Below are positions 63,626-64,000 of a stretch of DNA of 64,000 nucleotides, piece after piece. A program made the position numbers and the translations under genes. The notes under the pieces were generated by a model that saw nothing but the letters and a program-made list of their open reading frames with translations, was not told the DNA's origin and did not search any database. Source of the DNA: a virus (Duplodnaviria > Caudoviricetes); the IMG/VR virus record IMGVR_UViG_3300023179_000065, positions 20,467-84,466 of that record; one strand, 5' to 3'. Position 1 is the first letter of the stretch. Each line of letters begins with the position of its first letter.

Positions 63626-63692
63626 TTAGATTGTTTTCTTAATTTCCAGACTTCTTTTATTTTCTTTGACATAGCTTCATAGGAGAATTAAA

Positions 63693-64000
63693 ATTTTCGG
63701 ACAGACCTTTTATCACAAGACACTCAGAAAGTACGTAACGTACTTTGGCACCCTTTTTAATGACATTTACATTAACAGAGTAAATGCAAGCAATACAAGC
63801 ATACAAACTCTTCGGGTACCCATCACATACGCACCTCGCGATAAAGCTCTAGCAAGAGTGGATGCCGATCCAAACCTCAATAGACCTGCTGCGGTTATTC
63901 TACCAGTAATGTCATTTGAGATGACAGGACTATCTTATGCTGCAAGTAGAAAGCTTGCTACAATCAATAAGAGTAGAATTACTAAAGTCGAAACTAATGA
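63693..64000 (+). CDS. gp15: Tail sheath terminator/completion protein gp15 (runs off window; ATT start)
   Basis: Missing from the ORF track. Manual translation (I/M)FGQTFYHKTLRKYVTYFGTLFNDIYI...VPITYAPRDK.LAR...ILPVMSFEMTGLSY..SRKL. SD AGGAG at 63681-63685. Confidence 0.9.
   Translation, partial: MFGQTFYHKTLRKYVTYFGTLFNDIYINRVNASNTSIQTLRVPITYAPRDKALARVDADPNLNRPAAVILPVMSFEMTGLSYAASRKLATINKSRITKVETN

Overview
This window is the virion-morphogenesis region of a large, AT-rich T4-like myophage with cyanophage/uncultured-T4-like gene order. I found no RNA genes, CRISPR arrays or intact mobile elements. Bases 1-5867 (minus strand) encode gp4, gp2, a tail-tube-like protein, gp26, gp51, a tape-measure-like protein and a lysozyme-bearing tail protein that runs off the window. 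Bases 5874-28548 (plus strand) are the baseplate operon: gp48, gp53, hub, gp5, PAAR, gp25, gp6, gp7, gp8 and a VrlC/DUF4815-like gene split into three. Bases 28557-62143 are a ~33.6 kb island of fibre/appendage genes interleaved with modifying enzymes, followed by gp13, gp14 and gp15. Main observations: (1) a GT25 + PLOD-type glycosyltransferase + lysyl-hydroxylase fusion sits directly upstream of Gly-X-Lys collagen fibres, and two prolyl-hydroxylase-like oxygenases follow a Gly-Asn-Pro collagen, which looks like an animal-style collagen maturation pathway for the virion; (2) a canonical-looking -1 frameshift signal (T TTT TTT plus downstream stem) would fuse gp26 to a start-less gp51, as in lambda G/GT; (3) three tandem 7-bladed propeller genes vary almost only in two loops per blade; (4) the fibre proteins share recurrent terminal motifs and dense N-x-S/T sequons; (5) gp15 appears to start at ATT. 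All family assignments come from recognising motifs by eye, and no database searches were run.
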